64,000 nucleotides of DNA from the human T2T-CHM13v2.0 reference genome, Homo sapiens. Made by a program: the position numbers and the translations under genes. Every line of letters begins with the position of its first letter. Position 1 is the stretch's first letter. Shown here piece by piece: positions 33,586 to 50,279 of this stretch. Under the pieces are notes generated by a model. The model saw only the letters and a program-made list of their open reading frames with translations. It was not told the origin of the DNA and made no database searches. The stretch lies in NCBI RefSeq assembly GCF_009914755.1, contig NC_060942.1; one strand, written 5' to 3'.

Positions 33586-34544
33586 TTATTTAGAAGTCAT
33601 GAAATCTGTGTGATTATTCCACGTTAAAAAAAAATTCATCTTTTTCTCTTAATTCCACCAGAAACATCGAGAGTTTTACCAATGGTCTTGGAGATATTCT
33701 AAAATTCTGAACATGGAATCTTAATAACATCTGTTGATAACACTTTCATGAGTTCATCGTATATTTCAAACAGGTTTAATTTTGTCTAGTAAAGTGACAT
33801 AACCAAGACTCCTTCTTAGTTCAATATTGTGGCAATAGATCAAGACACATGTCAATGTCAACATGTCACTGAAGAAAGAAAGACATTAGGCCTTGCTATT
33901 ACTTTCACCCAAGCTCCTGAAACCTGGAAAAATAGCAGGAGAGATAGGAAGTTGAAACTCAGAAAAATTCCTAGGCAGCTAAGAGATCTTCATAAGGATA
34001 CATCAAAAAGAGGCTGAAATTAACCAGCTGACTCTTTTCAACTCTTAAGGGAAACTCCTATATGGGAGACATGGTCAGGGATGGCGGTCATGTTACCCAC
34101 AAGGAGGCGTTGTTATGGAGACAGCTTTGAAGGATCCCTGGCAATTCCAGTGTATAATTAAGGCTAGTGAGTGATCACAGAACAGCCAGCAGGGTGGTCT
34201 CCATGGAAACCACCAAACATATATTTTCACATGCAGAGCAAATGTTCTGAATCAATGACTCTTTATATAGGTTTAAAAACATTGTGAATGATGCATCAAT
34301 TGCTTCTTCTGTGAGACAATAACTGATTAAATATGCAGTGAGAGACCTTGTCCTCATGCATGCTGAATTCTGAGTAGTGTCTAGAATAGACAGTCCACAA
34401 CTAAATTCACTACCTAGAACTAGTGAATACAAACAGTAAATTCAGACCCAGGAAATCACTGGTTAATTTCATGAGAGAATTAAAACAGCAGATTGATGGA
34501 GTCAAGGAAGACCTGCCAACTGCTGGCTCTCATTAATCTAGGGC

Positions 34545-34700
34545 TGTCTACATATTATTTAATCCTCTCAATAACATAGACATTATTATTGCATTGTTTA
34601 CAGATGAGAAAAAATGATTCATACACCTAGAAAGTGGCAGACAAGACTCAAAAGCTGGGTTCAAATTAAGTCTTGGTCTAGGTCTGTATGACTCTACATA
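34545..34700 (-). mobile_element. MIR
   Basis: TTTAATCCTCTCAATAAC..TTTTACAGATGAGAAA. Confidence 0.65.
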
Positions 34701-34994
34701 ATGCTCTGTGTCTGCAGAGCACTTTTCCACCCCCCAGCCATTTTCACATATATTATCTCATATATTCTGCTTTGAAACACTTAGGATCACAGGTTCTAGC
34801 ATTTTCTAATTTTGCAATATGTCCCCCCGGGTCCTTGACTCTGTGCCCAACTTCTGTACCCACAATGCGCTCCAGGTTCTAGGACTTACATGGGACCATA
34901 TCTAAGAAGGCTTTGCCCATCTTTCACTCTGACAGTATGAACACCATTCCATCCTAAGGAGCAATAGGAAGGAAAATCTCATGCCATAAGTGTA

Positions 34995-35281
<287 letters not shown>

Positions 35282-35694
35282 TATAAGTATAAATTCTGAC
35301 TGTCCAAACAAAGCAAAAAGAGAGATAAACAATCCAATTAACTGCTTGTAGCATTTACAACACAATCATCCACAAGAGAAGGTGGAATTTGGAGACAGGG
35401 GTGAAAGGTCAGATTGCTGCATATTTCCTACTTTAATCAGTCTTATTACATAATTTTAAAATCTGGCAAATGCTTTATTAAGTAGGCACTGATAATTAAT
35501 AATATAGTTCCTAGCAGATCATTATATAATGCTACAATTCAATGTAAATGTGATTAGCATTTAGTCTTGAATACCAGATACAATAGTCAGCACTGTCAGA
35601 GCTTGTTATCATCACAACGTTTGTGCACTATCTTTGGATATCTTTCTAGTTCAGACTCCTTGCTTTACAGATGAAACAATGGAGGATTACAGGG

Positions 35695-36052
35695 TGTCTT
35701 AGTCCATCTGGGCTGCTATAACAAAATTCTATAGGCTGGGTAGCTTACAAGCAATAAAGATTTGTCTCTCATAGTTCTGGAGGCTGGTAAGGCCAAGGTC
35801 ACAGCCCCTGCAGATTCCGTGTCTGGTGAAGGCTGCTGTCTCAGAGATGGCACTTTCTCACGGCATCCTCAAGGTGGAAGAAGCAAGGCAGCTCTCTGGG
35901 ACCTCTTTTACAAGGACACTAATGCCCTTCATGAGGGCTCTGCCTTTATGAGCTACTCATCTCCCAAAGTCCCCGCCTCTTACTACCATCACCTTGGGGC
36001 TTAGGATTTCAAGGTATTGATGTTAGGGGAACATAGACATTCAGACTAGAGC
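35695..36052 (-). mobile_element. MLT1A/MST-type MaLR solo LTR
   Basis: TGTCTTAGTCCATCTGGGCTGCTATAACAAAA..CATAGTTCTGGAGGCTGG..CATTCAGACTAGAGCA. Confidence 0.85.
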
Positions 36053-36235
36053 AAAGGGGTTCCGCGAATAGTGACCAAAGTCAAACAGTGAGTACTTCTT
36101 CCTTTCCTTTTTCCCCCTGAAATCCCAGTCTCTCTACCACGCACCTCATGGAAAAGACTAGAGCCTCCGTGCATGCCTCTCTCCTATCACTGCCCAGGAC
36201 ATCTCTAGTATCACCCAAACTGTAAGAATCTAGTG

Positions 36236-36434
36236 CTTGGGCAACATAACAAGATCTCATCTCTACAAAAAAATAAAATTAGCCTGGCATGGTGGTGCGT
36301 GCCTATAGTCTCAGCCACTGGGGAGGCCGAGGCAGGCAGATTGCTTGAGGCCAGGAGTTTGAGGATACAGTTGCATGATGGCATCACAGCACCCTGGCCT
36401 GGGTGATAGAGAGATCCTGTCTCTAAAAAAAAAA
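36236..36434 (+). mobile_element. 5'-truncated AluJ
   Basis: GGGCAACATAACAAGATCTCATCTCTAC..TTGCTTGAGGCCAGGAGTTTGAGG. Confidence 0.85.
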
Positions 36435-36517
36435 CAAAATCAAGTATATCTTAAAACCCCTGGAGTTGCCAGCTGTTTCAGGCCAGCAGTACATTATGAC
36501 ATAGTTTTAGGGAAGGG

Positions 36518-36625
36518 ATAGGGGAGGCAAGTGAGGTGCCTAGGCTGCGGCATTTGAGGAGGTGCTTGTTCACACTCAGGCACCAACCCAGCACTGCACA
36601 GCCCAAGAGTGAGGGCCACCTTCAT
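36518..36625. mobile_element. MER91-like hAT MITE
   Basis: GAGGCAAGTGAGGTGCCTAGG..GAGGAGGTGC..CTCAGGCACCAACCC..GAGTGAG; matched to consensus from memory. Confidence 0.6.
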
Positions 36626-38984
36626 CTTGGTCCTGTGTATATGAAAGATGAAATTCTAACAATGGAAAATATAAATGAAACCAAATCAAGAGACTTATTC
36701 TGAGCAAGCTATGAAAAGTTATTTTCCCAGGGCCATAGAAAAAAACAGACAAAGGCTGGGTTTTCTGCCTGTCATTGTCTTCGGGACATGAGATGGTGGT
36801 AGCAATTACGGCATCAGCTTTAAAGGAAGAAAGTGATCTTACAGAGGCAGCTTTGAAAGGAGGAGCACAGACTGGCTCCTCAGGCCCCACAAGCATTGCC
36901 GCTGCTGTCCCGGGAAGCTTCTCCGCCCCTTGCTCTTGCGCCACATAAACTCACTCTGACCTCCGCTGCTTCTTCCCAGTGATGCTGAGAACTCAAGTCA
37001 GTCTGAAGTTAACAAGAGTAAGACAAGGCACTACTCAATCCAGGAAGAATTCTCATGTGAGGATTGAAATCTGCTGGAGAAACTGACTAGGAGAAAACTA
37101 TAAACTCACACACACCACATCTTCCTTTCACGTCTACACACGTCCCTGCATTTCTCTTCAATTTGTTTACTTTGTTCTGCCTGAGTGCTTTACATCATAT
37201 GTGAGAGGGGATCCTGAGATTTTATGAAGATGCAGTTAGATTTTACATGCCCAAAGTTACCAAAATGAGAGATTATTTTTTAAAGAGTTGCTAAATATTC
37301 CAATACTTTTGGCTTCTTAAATTTTTTCTCAAATGCCCAGAGAGAAAAACAACAATAATAGTGATAACAACCTAAAATGACTTCAAAGGCACTTTTTCCC
37401 CACGCTAAGTATTCTCAGATCTGAGGAAGATACTGAAAAAGGTGAGGACCAGAGACAGACATGGATGCCTTCTCTCAGAACTTGGAACTGATGAAGTTGA
37501 TGTGACATCTTCGAAAACAGCCCCCAAATGGGTCCTTTTGGAGCAGTGAAGAAGGCCCCTCGGCCCCCTTAACGACCTCCCTCCCTGTGTATTTTTTAGT
37601 CTTCACGTAAGCCCGATTCTCCTCTGGCACCACTGAAACATCCTTCTGAGTCACTTTCTGAACATGCTGGCACCCAGTGTAGGCACAATGACATCATGGG
37701 AATGCTGTATTGCTAAGTACGATTTTGTCGTATTTCAAATGTCAGCACGTTTTGATGTGTAGGTGGTTCAAAGAATGGATACATATTCTACCACGGAGGA
37801 TCACAAGCTTATTTTCAAATAGGAAAAAGAGAGAGAGAGGGGAGATTGCTTGATGTACCCGAGGCTGGAAGAGATAGATCTTAATGGCTCATTGAATCCA
37901 ATTTTCATTTAAGAAGAATTAGCATTAAACCACAGCAGCCAATTAAAAATCCTCCCTCTTCTGAATTAACTATTGAAGAGAAAAATTATAAACTTCCCTC
38001 AGAATTTAAGAAGAAAAGAAAAATACAATAAATAAAAAAGAGACTTGAAACTAGTTGTCAAATAGGTAAACTCATATACACAGGAAAAAAAAAATGTCCT
38101 AAATCCTAAAGGACAGGATTTAAGCACTATGCTTTGAGCACTATTACTTTACAGCTTTCAGGGATGATTTGCATGCCATAAAATTCACTTATTATAAAGT
38201 GTAATGATTGTTAATGGACAAATTTAATAAATTAACTTAAATGATGATGCAACCATCACCACAATCCAGTTTGAAAGTTTCCATTAGCCAAAAAACTTCC
38301 TTTGAGTCTATTCACAGTCAATTTCTTTCTCTAAGAAACCACTGGTATACTTTCTGTCTCTATAAAATTGCCTTTTTATGGGCATTTCACACAAACTGAA
38401 TAATACTATATGTATTCTTTTGTGACTGGATTCTTTAGCTTAGCATAATATTTTTGAGGTTCATCCATGCTGTAGCAATGTATTAATAGCCCATTCCTTC
38501 TGATTATTGAATAGTATTCCAAATTGTATATATATATACTATATCTTATTTATATATTCACTAGTTGATGGACATTTAGAATTATTTCCAGTTTGGGTTT
38601 CTTATGAATAATGCTAATATGAACACTCATGTATGGGTTTTTTTGTGGCCATATACTTTCATTTCTCTTGGGTAGATTCTTAAGAATAGAATTGCTAGGT
38701 TGTAGTCACTTTATGTTTAATCTTCTAAAACTACCAAACTGTTTTTGAAAGTGACTGTATATATGCCTACCAGCAATTTATGAATGTTCTGGTTTCTCCA
38801 CATCCTTGCCAACATTTGGCACTGTCTGTACCTTTTTAAAAAATTATAGTAGTGGGTGCGTGGTGATATCTCATCATGGTTTCAATTTGCATTTCTCTAA
38901 TGACTAGTGATGCCAAACACCTTCCTATGTACTTATTAACCATTTAGATATCTTCTTTTATGAAATATCTGTTCATGTGTTTAG

Positions 38985-39312
<328 letters not shown>

Positions 39313-39324
39313 TCAACATTATCA

Positions 39325-39632
39325 TTTTATTTATTTATATTTTTTATTTTTATTTTTATTTTTTTTGAGACAGAGTTTCACTCTTGTCGCCCAGGCTAGA
39401 GTGCAATGGCGTGATCTTGGCTCCTGGGTTCAAGCGATTCTCCTGACTCATCCTCCTGAGTAGCTGGAATTACAGGCATGCGCCACCACATCTGGCTAAT
39501 TTTGTATTTTTAGTAGAGACAGGGTTTCTCCATGTTGGTCAGGCTGGTCTCAAACTCCCGACCTCAGGTGATCCGCTCACCTCCGCCTCTCAAAGTGCTA
39601 GGATTACAGGTCTGAGCCACCAAGCCTGGCCT
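39325..39632 (-). mobile_element. AluSp
   Basis: TTTCTCCATGTTGGTCAGG, ACTCCCGACCTCAGG. Confidence 0.9.
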
Positions 39633-39639
39633 ATTTATT

Positions 39640-40532
<893 letters not shown>

Positions 40533-40561
40533 CTTTAGACCATTTTTAAATTGGGTTGTAG

Positions 40562-40990
<429 letters not shown>

Positions 40991-41292
40991 TACCTTTTCA
41001 TTTTCTTAATGGTGTTTTTTGAATTGTAAAAGGTTTTAAGTAAACTACATTTTATCAATTATTTTATGACTTATGCTTTTGGTGTCATATCTAAGAATCT
41101 GCCAAACCCAAGGCCATTAAGGCTTTTTGTTATGTTTTCTTCTAATAGTTTTCCAGTTTTAGCATTACATTCAGGTCTGTGATCCATTCTGAGTTAATGA
41201 TGGTGAGCAAGGATCTAAGATTGTTTATTTGTAGGTTGGTTTGTATATGGATATCTGATTGCTCCAACACCGTTTGTTGAAAAAACAATCCT

Positions 41293-41596
<304 letters not shown>

Positions 41597-42065
41597 TCAT
41601 TGTGATTGGCACCTCTGTTGAAAATTAATTGACCATAAATGCCTATCCCTACACCAATACCATAATGTCTTGATTATTCTAGCTTAGTACTAAATTTTCA
41701 AATCACATAATTTAAGTCCCCCAACTTTATCTTTGTCAACATTGTTTTGGCTATTGCATTTCCAAATAAATTTTAGACAAATTTGTGAATTTCTACCAAA
41801 AAAAAAAGCCTGCTGGGATTTTGACAGGGATTACATTGAATCAATTTAGCAAAAATTTCCATCTTAACAATATTGTATCTCTTGATTTTTTAAGATTTTA
41901 TTTAATTCCTCTCAAAAAGGTTTTATAGTTTTCAATGTATAAATGTGATACTTCTTTGTTAAGTTCCAAAGTATTTTTTCCTTTTTGATGCTATTGTGAA
42001 TGGAATTGTTTTCTTAATTTTATTTTAATAAACATGACTTTTCATTACTAATATATAAAACTTTG

Positions 42066-42192
42066 AGCTGGGTGCCCTGGCTCATACCCATAATCCCAGC
42101 ACCTTGGGAGGCTGAGATGGGAGGATTGCTTGAGGCCAGGAGTTTGAAACTAGCTTGGGCAACATAAGACCCCATCTCTACAAAAAAAAAAA
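42066..42192 (+). mobile_element. FLAM
   Basis: Left monomer GGGAGGATTGCTTGAGGCCAGGAGTTTG plus A-run. Confidence 0.85.
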
Positions 42193-42212
42193 TATTTTTA
42201 AAGTAAAACTAG

Positions 42213-42496
42213 TTTTATTTATTTATTTAAGAGACAAAGTCTTGCTCTGTCACTCAGGCTGGAGTGCAGTGGTGACAATAGCTCACTGCATCCTCAAACT
42301 CCTGAGCTCTGGCGATCCTCCTGCCTCAGCCTCTTGAGTAGCTGGGACCATAGGCACATGCCACCATGCCAGACTACTTTTCTTATTTTTTGTAGAGACA
42401 GGATCTCACTATGTTGCCCAGGCTGGTCTCAAGTGATCTTCCCACTTCAGTCTCCGAAAGTGCGAGGATTATAGGCATGAGCCACCACACCCTGCC
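42213..42496 (-). mobile_element. AluJ
   Basis: ATAGCTCACTGCATCCTCAAACTCCTG. Confidence 0.88.
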
Positions 42497-43477
42497 TTCA
42501 ACTATTTTTATAGTTTCCTTGGGATTTTCTATATATATGATGGTCTCATTTGTGAATAAAGACAATTTTATTTCTTCCTTTCCAATCTGGATGCTTTTTT
42601 TTTTTTCCTATTGCACTGCCTATTGCATTCCTAAAAACTCCATTCCAATGTTCAATAGAAATGGTGAAAGTGGACATTCTTATGTTGCTCCTGATCTTAG
42701 GGGGAAAGTATTCAGTCTTCCCCTGTTAAAGATAATGTTAGTTACAGGATTTTCACAGATTTTATCAGGTTCTCTTATATTACTAGTTTTTTGAGAGTTT
42801 TTATAATGAATAGATGCTAGATTTTGTCATGATTTTTCTGAACCTATTGAAATGATCATGTATTTTTGTTCTTTAGTCTGTGAAAACAAGGTATTACATT
42901 AGTTAATTTTTGTATGTTAAACCAACTATGCATTCCTGAGATAAATCTCACTTGATTATGGTGTATAATTCTTTTTATATGTTGCCAAATTTGGTTTGCT
43001 AAGATTTTGCTAATATATTTGTCCCTGTGTTCATGAGGAATATTGGTAATTTTCTTATTATTTGTTTTATCTGGCTTTACAGCTGGGTAACCCACCTCAT
43101 AGAATAACTTGGGAGTTATTCCCTCTTCCTTTAGTTTCTAAAAGAATTTGTTTTAAAACACTTCTTCTTTAAATATTTGATAGAATTCATCAATAAAGCC
43201 AACTGGGGCTGAGCTTTTCTTTTCCTAAAAACCTAAGAAAGATTTTAAATTACTTATTTTTATTTACTTGTTATGGATGTATTCAGATTTTTCATTTCTT
43301 CTTGAGTCAGTTTTCCTTATTTGTTCCTTTCTGGGAATTTGCCCATTTCATCCAAATTGACTAATTTTCTGTCATAAAGTTATTCAAAATCTGAAGTTAT
43401 CTACAATATACAATCCTTTTAGCTTCTATAGGATCAGTAGTAACATCTTTTTCATTTCCAAATTTGATAATTTGCAT

Positions 43478-43803
43478 CTCTCTCTCTCTCTCTCTCTTCT
43501 CTCCTATCTCTCTCTCTCTCTGAGACAGGGTCTCACTCTGTCACCCAGGCTGGAGTGCAGTGGCGTGATCACGGCTCACTGCATCCTTGACCTCCCAAGT
43601 GATCCTCCCATTTCAGCTTCCCAAGTAGCTAGGATTACAGGTATGTGACACCATGTTCAGCTAATCATTTAAAATTTTTTTCTTGTAGAGATGGTGTATC
43701 ACTACGTTACCCAGGCTGGTCCTGAATTCCTGGGCTGAAGTGATCTTCCTGCCTTGGCCTCCCAAAGTGCTTGGATTATAGGCATGAGCCACCATGCCTG
43801 GCC
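43478..43803 (-). mobile_element. AluJ with (CT)n-converted tail
   Basis: (CT)n then GAGACAGGGTCTCACTC..GATCACGGCTCACTGC. Confidence 0.88.
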
Positions 43804-45429
43804 TCTTTTCTCTTATTTTCTTGGTCAGTCTAGCCAGAGGTTTGTCAATGTTGCTGATGTTTTCAAAGAATCAACATTAATATTCTACATTATTTTTCTG
43901 TTTCCTATTTCATTAATTTCCACATTAAACTTTATTATATCCTTCCTTCTGCTTACTCTGAATTTAGTTTGCCCTTTCTTCTTTTCTAGTTTCTTAAGAT
44001 GGAAGCATAAGTTATTGATTTGAGACCTTCATTCATTTCTGATATGGGTGTTTACAGATATAAATTTCCCTTCAAGCACTACTTTAGCTGCATCTATAAA
44101 TTTTGATATGTTGTATTTCTGTTTTCATTTGATTGAAAAATTTTAATATCCATTGTAATTTCTTCCTTGACCTACAAACTATTTAGAAGTATATTTAATT
44201 TCCAACTAAATGGGGTTTTTCTAGATTTTTTTCTATTGTGAATTTCAAATTTAATTCTGCTATGGTCAGAGAACATACTTCATATGATTTCAGTCTTTTA
44301 AAACTTGGGAGTTGTTTTGTCAACCAGCATACTATGTATTGTGGAGAATATTCCATGTGCACTTGAGAAGAATGTGTATTCTGAAATCAATTGGTGGGGT
44401 GTCACATAAATGTCAGTTATGTCAATTGGTTGATAGTGTTGTTCAAGTCTTCTATGTACTTCTATATTCACGCTTTTCTACTGAGTTGTTCTGTCAACTG
44501 CTGAGAGTGCAGTATTGAAATCTCCAATTAGTATTGTTAAATAATCTATTTATCTTTTCTATTACTTGTTGTTTCACATACCTTGGGTGCTGTTTTAGGT
44601 GTATATATATTTAGAACTGTTATATCTTCCTAATGCATTAACACTTTTATCATTATTAAATGTCCCTATTTTTTCTCTAGTAATATTTCCTGTTATAAAG
44701 TCTATTTTGTCTGATTTTAATATAGCCACTATACCCAGCTTTCTTATGGTAACTGTCTGTGTGGTTCTTCCATCCTTTTACTTCCAGCCTACTTGTGTCT
44801 TTTACTTTAAGGTATAACTGTTATAGACAGCATATAGCTCATATAGCTGGGTTTTGTTTTTAAAAAATCCAATATGACAGTCTCTATTTTTTGTCAGGTA
44901 TTTAGTCTATTCATATTTAATGTAATTACGGATATGGCTGCTAGCAACAAATCTCTTAGTTTTTATTCATCTAGGAATGTTTTTATTTCTCTTTCATATT
45001 TGAAGAATAGTTTTGCATATATCAAATCCTTGGTTGACAGGTTTTTCTTTCAGCATGTTGAATGTGTCACCCCACTTGCCTTCTGGCCTCCACTGTTTGT
45101 GATGAGAAGTTAGCCACTAATTGCACTGTTGTTCCCCCATATATGTTGAATAATTTCCCTCTTGCCACTTTTAAGATTTTCTCCTTGTCTTTCAACAGTT
45201 TGATTATAATGTGTCTAGATCTCTTTTTGTTTATCTTACTTGGGACTCACTGAACTTACTGAATCTGTAAATTAATATTTTTCAACAAATTGATTTCTTC
45301 AAATATTGTTCTAACCCTCTCTTCTCTTCTGGGATTCTTATTACACATATGTTTGTTGCTATATTTGATGTCTCACAGGTCTCTGAGGCTCTGTTCACAT
45401 TTCTTCAATTTAAAAAAAACCTGTTTTTT

Positions 45430-45777
<348 letters not shown>

Positions 45778-47187
45778 TTATAAGTGGTACTTATAAAAGA
45801 ACTTATAAGTTCACTTATTCTTTCTTCTGCCACGTCAAATCTGTTGAGTCCCTCTAGAGCACTTTCAGTTCAGTTATTGTACTTTTTACCTCTAGAATTT
45901 CCATTTGGTTCTTTCTTTTCCTTTCTGTAAATAATTTATATCTCTTTACTGAGATTCTGTATTCACCGAGTCTTTGCTTCAATTCTTTAAACATGGTTTC
46001 CTTTTGATTTCTGAATAAATTTAAATAGCTGCTCTGTAGACTCTTTAGGCTAAATCCTACTTCTGAGGACAGACACCCAGAGATAGTTCCTACTGACCAC
46101 TTTTTTACTACACACAGATCACATTTTGCTTCTCTGAATGTCTCTCATGTTTTTGTTGAATACTGAACCTTTTACATAACATACGGTAGCAACTCTGAAA
46201 TCTGACTTTCCCCACAAGATTTGTTGTTATTGTTGTTTTGCTTATTTAGTGATTTTCCTGAACTAAATTGTGAATGTGAAATCTGTCTCCCATATAAGCT
46301 ACAGCTGCTGATGTCTTTACTCAAATTTTTTTCTTGTTTTTATTTTTAAATCTGGTGTCTAAGGGTCATCCTCATGTCTGCATAGCTTAGTGTTCTGGCA
46401 AAGACTAGTCAGAAATTTTGCTCCAACACCTTGGGCCAGAAAGGCTTCTCCCTGCTCCTGACTCTGTGTGCGGGCTGGGAGAGCACATTCAAACCCCAGG
46501 CTGTTTTCACATCTGCCCTGGCTTTTACTTTCTGCTAGCTCTTTCACAGCTCCTCTGTGTGTGTATGCAGGCTCTGCTGGCCAGGAATACGTGAGCCTGT
46601 TCCATCACTACTGCTCATATACACAGACTAAGTTCAATCTGGGACATATTAAAAAAAATCAAGCCCCTGATTGCTGTCTCATCTCTCAGAACTACCTATT
46701 AAGTCCCCCACTAGACCACTGGTCCACTGCTTGTTCCAAAGAGGACTATCAACTCAAGCTAGTAAAGCTACTGGCCTTTCGTGTTCATGCACCACCGAGT
46801 TGGCCTATTTAACAGACAATCCTCCAAACAGAGTGAACCCCTCTTGGAAGTGGTGGTAAGCCTGCTGGTTTTCACAGCCTCGCCTGCTCTGGTTGAACTA
46901 TCACACTGGGGAGGAGGGAATGGGAGTGATGATAGGCAAGAACACCACAGATTCGTTCTGTTCCTACCCAAAGGTTAATAGTTTTCATGAACAAATGCGT
47001 CTCAATTTATTGCATATATTTGGTCAATTTTTAGGGAGCTGAAATGGATGTTTTTGACAGTTTTCTTCCAGCTTTCTAGCTGTTTTTTGGGAAGAGGTTT
47101 CATCAACCTCCTCACTCTGTCATGCCAGAAATCAATATCTCAGCTACTTTTTACATTCTGCTAGAATTGGAATTATTAATGCTATTA

Positions 47188-47649
<462 letters not shown>

Positions 47650-48977
47650 TCATTAAATTAAATTTAATTAATTAAGGAGGCTTACTCCTTGAAAGCAGCA
47701 TCTAGAGCTCTACAACTTGCCTCCCTCACAGGCACTAAGGAAATGAAACGTGCCAACAGAAGTTGGCCCCACCATGTTTCAGTTAAGATTGGCCATCCCA
47801 CAGCCACTTCCCCGCTCCTTCTGTTTCTTTGTGGTTCCCCCACCACTTTATCTTATGCTTCCCCCATAGTCATTCGGATACACAGAGGTTGTTCTTAGAA
47901 TAATCCCTTTTCTAAGGTTTCATAGAAATGCCCCAACCTGGCCATTTGTCTATCTTCCTTTCTCTATCACCTTGGATCGACTGAGTCCCCTTGTGTAAGT
48001 CACTTGAGCTCTGGACACCTGCACAGCCTCCAGGAAGGAAATAAGGAGCCTATCCATGATTGTCTTCCAGGACTGTAAGAAAGATGAAATATGCCATGTT
48101 GATAAAATGAGCAGGCCTCAGAAATCGTTACCTGAATGAAGGAAGGATCAGGCTCAGGGACAGCGCCTAGAAGTGGTCTCATGAAGCTCAAACAACTTCA
48201 CATTACCCAGGTTCTGAGATCTTTGGATACACAGGCTCTTGAGAGAGAATTTCCCACCCCTCTTGTCTCTTACCTTAGCAAAGAAAATCCAGGCTGCACA
48301 CTGCCCTGGGGCCAGAAGGTTTTTTAGCTTCACTGTACTGAACATGAGAAAGAATCCCAAAAATCCACTGGAAGGAGAAAAGATTCTCTTGTTAGTGAGG
48401 CTTGTCTTCCCTTAGCCAATGGCTGACTAGTGTCTGCTACATTTTACCAATCAATTTCAAATTATTATGCAACCTCTACCTCATCTGTGTTTTCTAGATC
48501 TGTGATCTCTGGATGAAAATAAAAAAAATTTTAAAGTCATTAAGCTCTGCTTTTCTAAGGAGCTATGGTGGGAGAATTTTGATTAGAGGAATGGTGCAAA
48601 GAAATTTCAGAGGCCTCTGGCTAAATCATGAAAGAAAAAAAAGGTGGAGGACAACACCTCTTGTTCCTTCCCATAGAACTTCTGGAGTTTTGGTGCTTGG
48701 CAAGGCAGAGCTTAAATTTTTTTCAAGCAAGATAAACTGGCAGGAAAAGACTTCCAAAGGGAAACTCACCATGTGAGAAGAGAGAGTCTGGACTGGCCTC
48801 CAGGCTCAAAAGAATCTGAAGGGGAAGGCTGGCTTCAGTGACACATATGGCTGAGGCCAGAAGTCCCCCAAACCAGGCTGTCCTGCCATAGGAGGTATGC
48901 TTTGGAAATGGTGCCTACACATGTGTGTGAATGGAAAGATCCCCACTCGAGAACCTGAGGAAGGGGCAGCATCTTGG

Positions 48978-49146
48978 GGCTATTCAGGAGTGTGGACCAA
49001 CAAGGGCGAGGGCACAGCAGTGGATGGAGATGTAGTTGCCTGTGCTGCAACTATTTCCAAAAGTGCCCTGTGTGGCCAAGGCCAAAGCAAAGGGAGCTCC
49101 AAATGCTTCCTGACATTTGAAGGCAGGACAACTGGGGAAGAGGTGA
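48978..49146 (+). repeat. local direct duplication, copy 1
   Basis: Aligns by eye to 50064-50232 at ~85% identity. Confidence 0.9.
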
Positions 49147-49154
49147 GACAGACA

Positions 49155-49187
<33 letters not shown>

Positions 49188-49200
49188 AGAGAGAGAGAGA
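49155..49200. repeat. (GT)n(GA)n microsatellite
   Basis: read directly from sequence. Confidence 0.95.
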
Positions 49201-50063
49201 AAGGCTGACTTCATGCAAATATGTGCAAGTGGTGGTTTGAGTGTGACTGTTATTTGAACTTGAAAATTGCAAAGTAAGAGATATGACTGCAGTTGTAACT
49301 CCAAGCTAGAGAGGCAAGCCCTGTGAGTTGTACTTCATTTGCATCTCCAGACCCTTGACTGCCACACTTCCATCTGACCTTATACAGGCACTGGTGCGCA
49401 GCTCCAATACTGATCATAAACTCTGAGCAGGAAAAGCCCAATCTTGGGCTGCTCTTCGTATTTTCAACGGAGCCTAATATGGTGCCTCAGTTACGGTACA
49501 CATTAACTAAATGCTTGTCAGGTTGAATTGGAAGCAGACTGAATTAATTGAACACACCTAAGGCCAAATGTCACAGAAATGTGTACCTTCACTTCATTAG
49601 ATTAGACTAGTTCACAGCCACATTCTTGGGGCAGGACTAAAGACAGGCATTAGGTTTCCCCATGTGTATTTCAGCCTGTTTGGCCCTAATGACCTGCAAA
49701 GTTTGTTCCAATTTGCATCAGCAGTCATGGGAGGCTGAACAGCTATGGATTAAGATGTCAAGTTACTCACACCCAAAAGGCAAAGAGGGCCCGTGGGTAA
49801 GCAGCAGGCCTACCCAATCACACCCAGTGCCTGGATTTCTATTCCTCACTGTGCTTACTGACCCTCGTAACCTTAACCAAATCCCCCTTCCCACCTTTTT
49901 GTCTCAGGTTCAGTTGCCTTAAAGTAGAAATAATCATAGCAGTCCTCATCCTATCTTAATGGAAACCAGAGGCTTTTAGAACAGTAAGATTACCTATCCC
50001 CAAAGTCTCACTTTATTAACAATGAAACTGGGGCACAGGTACAATTAGAATCCAGGTCTCCAT

Positions 50064-50250
50064 GGCTCTTCAGATCTCTGGACCAGCAAGGGCGCTGGCA
50101 CAGCAGTGGACAGATGTAGTTGCCTGCGCTGGAACTATTTTCAAAAGTGCCACTGTGTGGCCAGAGCCATAGCAAAGGGAGCTCCAAACTCTTCCTGGCA
50201 TTTGGAGGCAGGACAACTGAGGAAGACGTGAAGCTTCATGGAAATGTGTT
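50064..50250 (+). repeat. local direct duplication, copy 2
   Basis: Aligns to 48978-49146 and 49208-49226. Confidence 0.9.
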
Positions 50251-50279
50251 CTTGACCAGCTAGACAAAGAGTGAGATAT

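Noticed and set aside
50079-50097. CTCF-like TGGACCAGCAAGGGCGCTG
   Set aside because: One base short of the CCASYAGRKGGCRS core; not supportable without ChIP data
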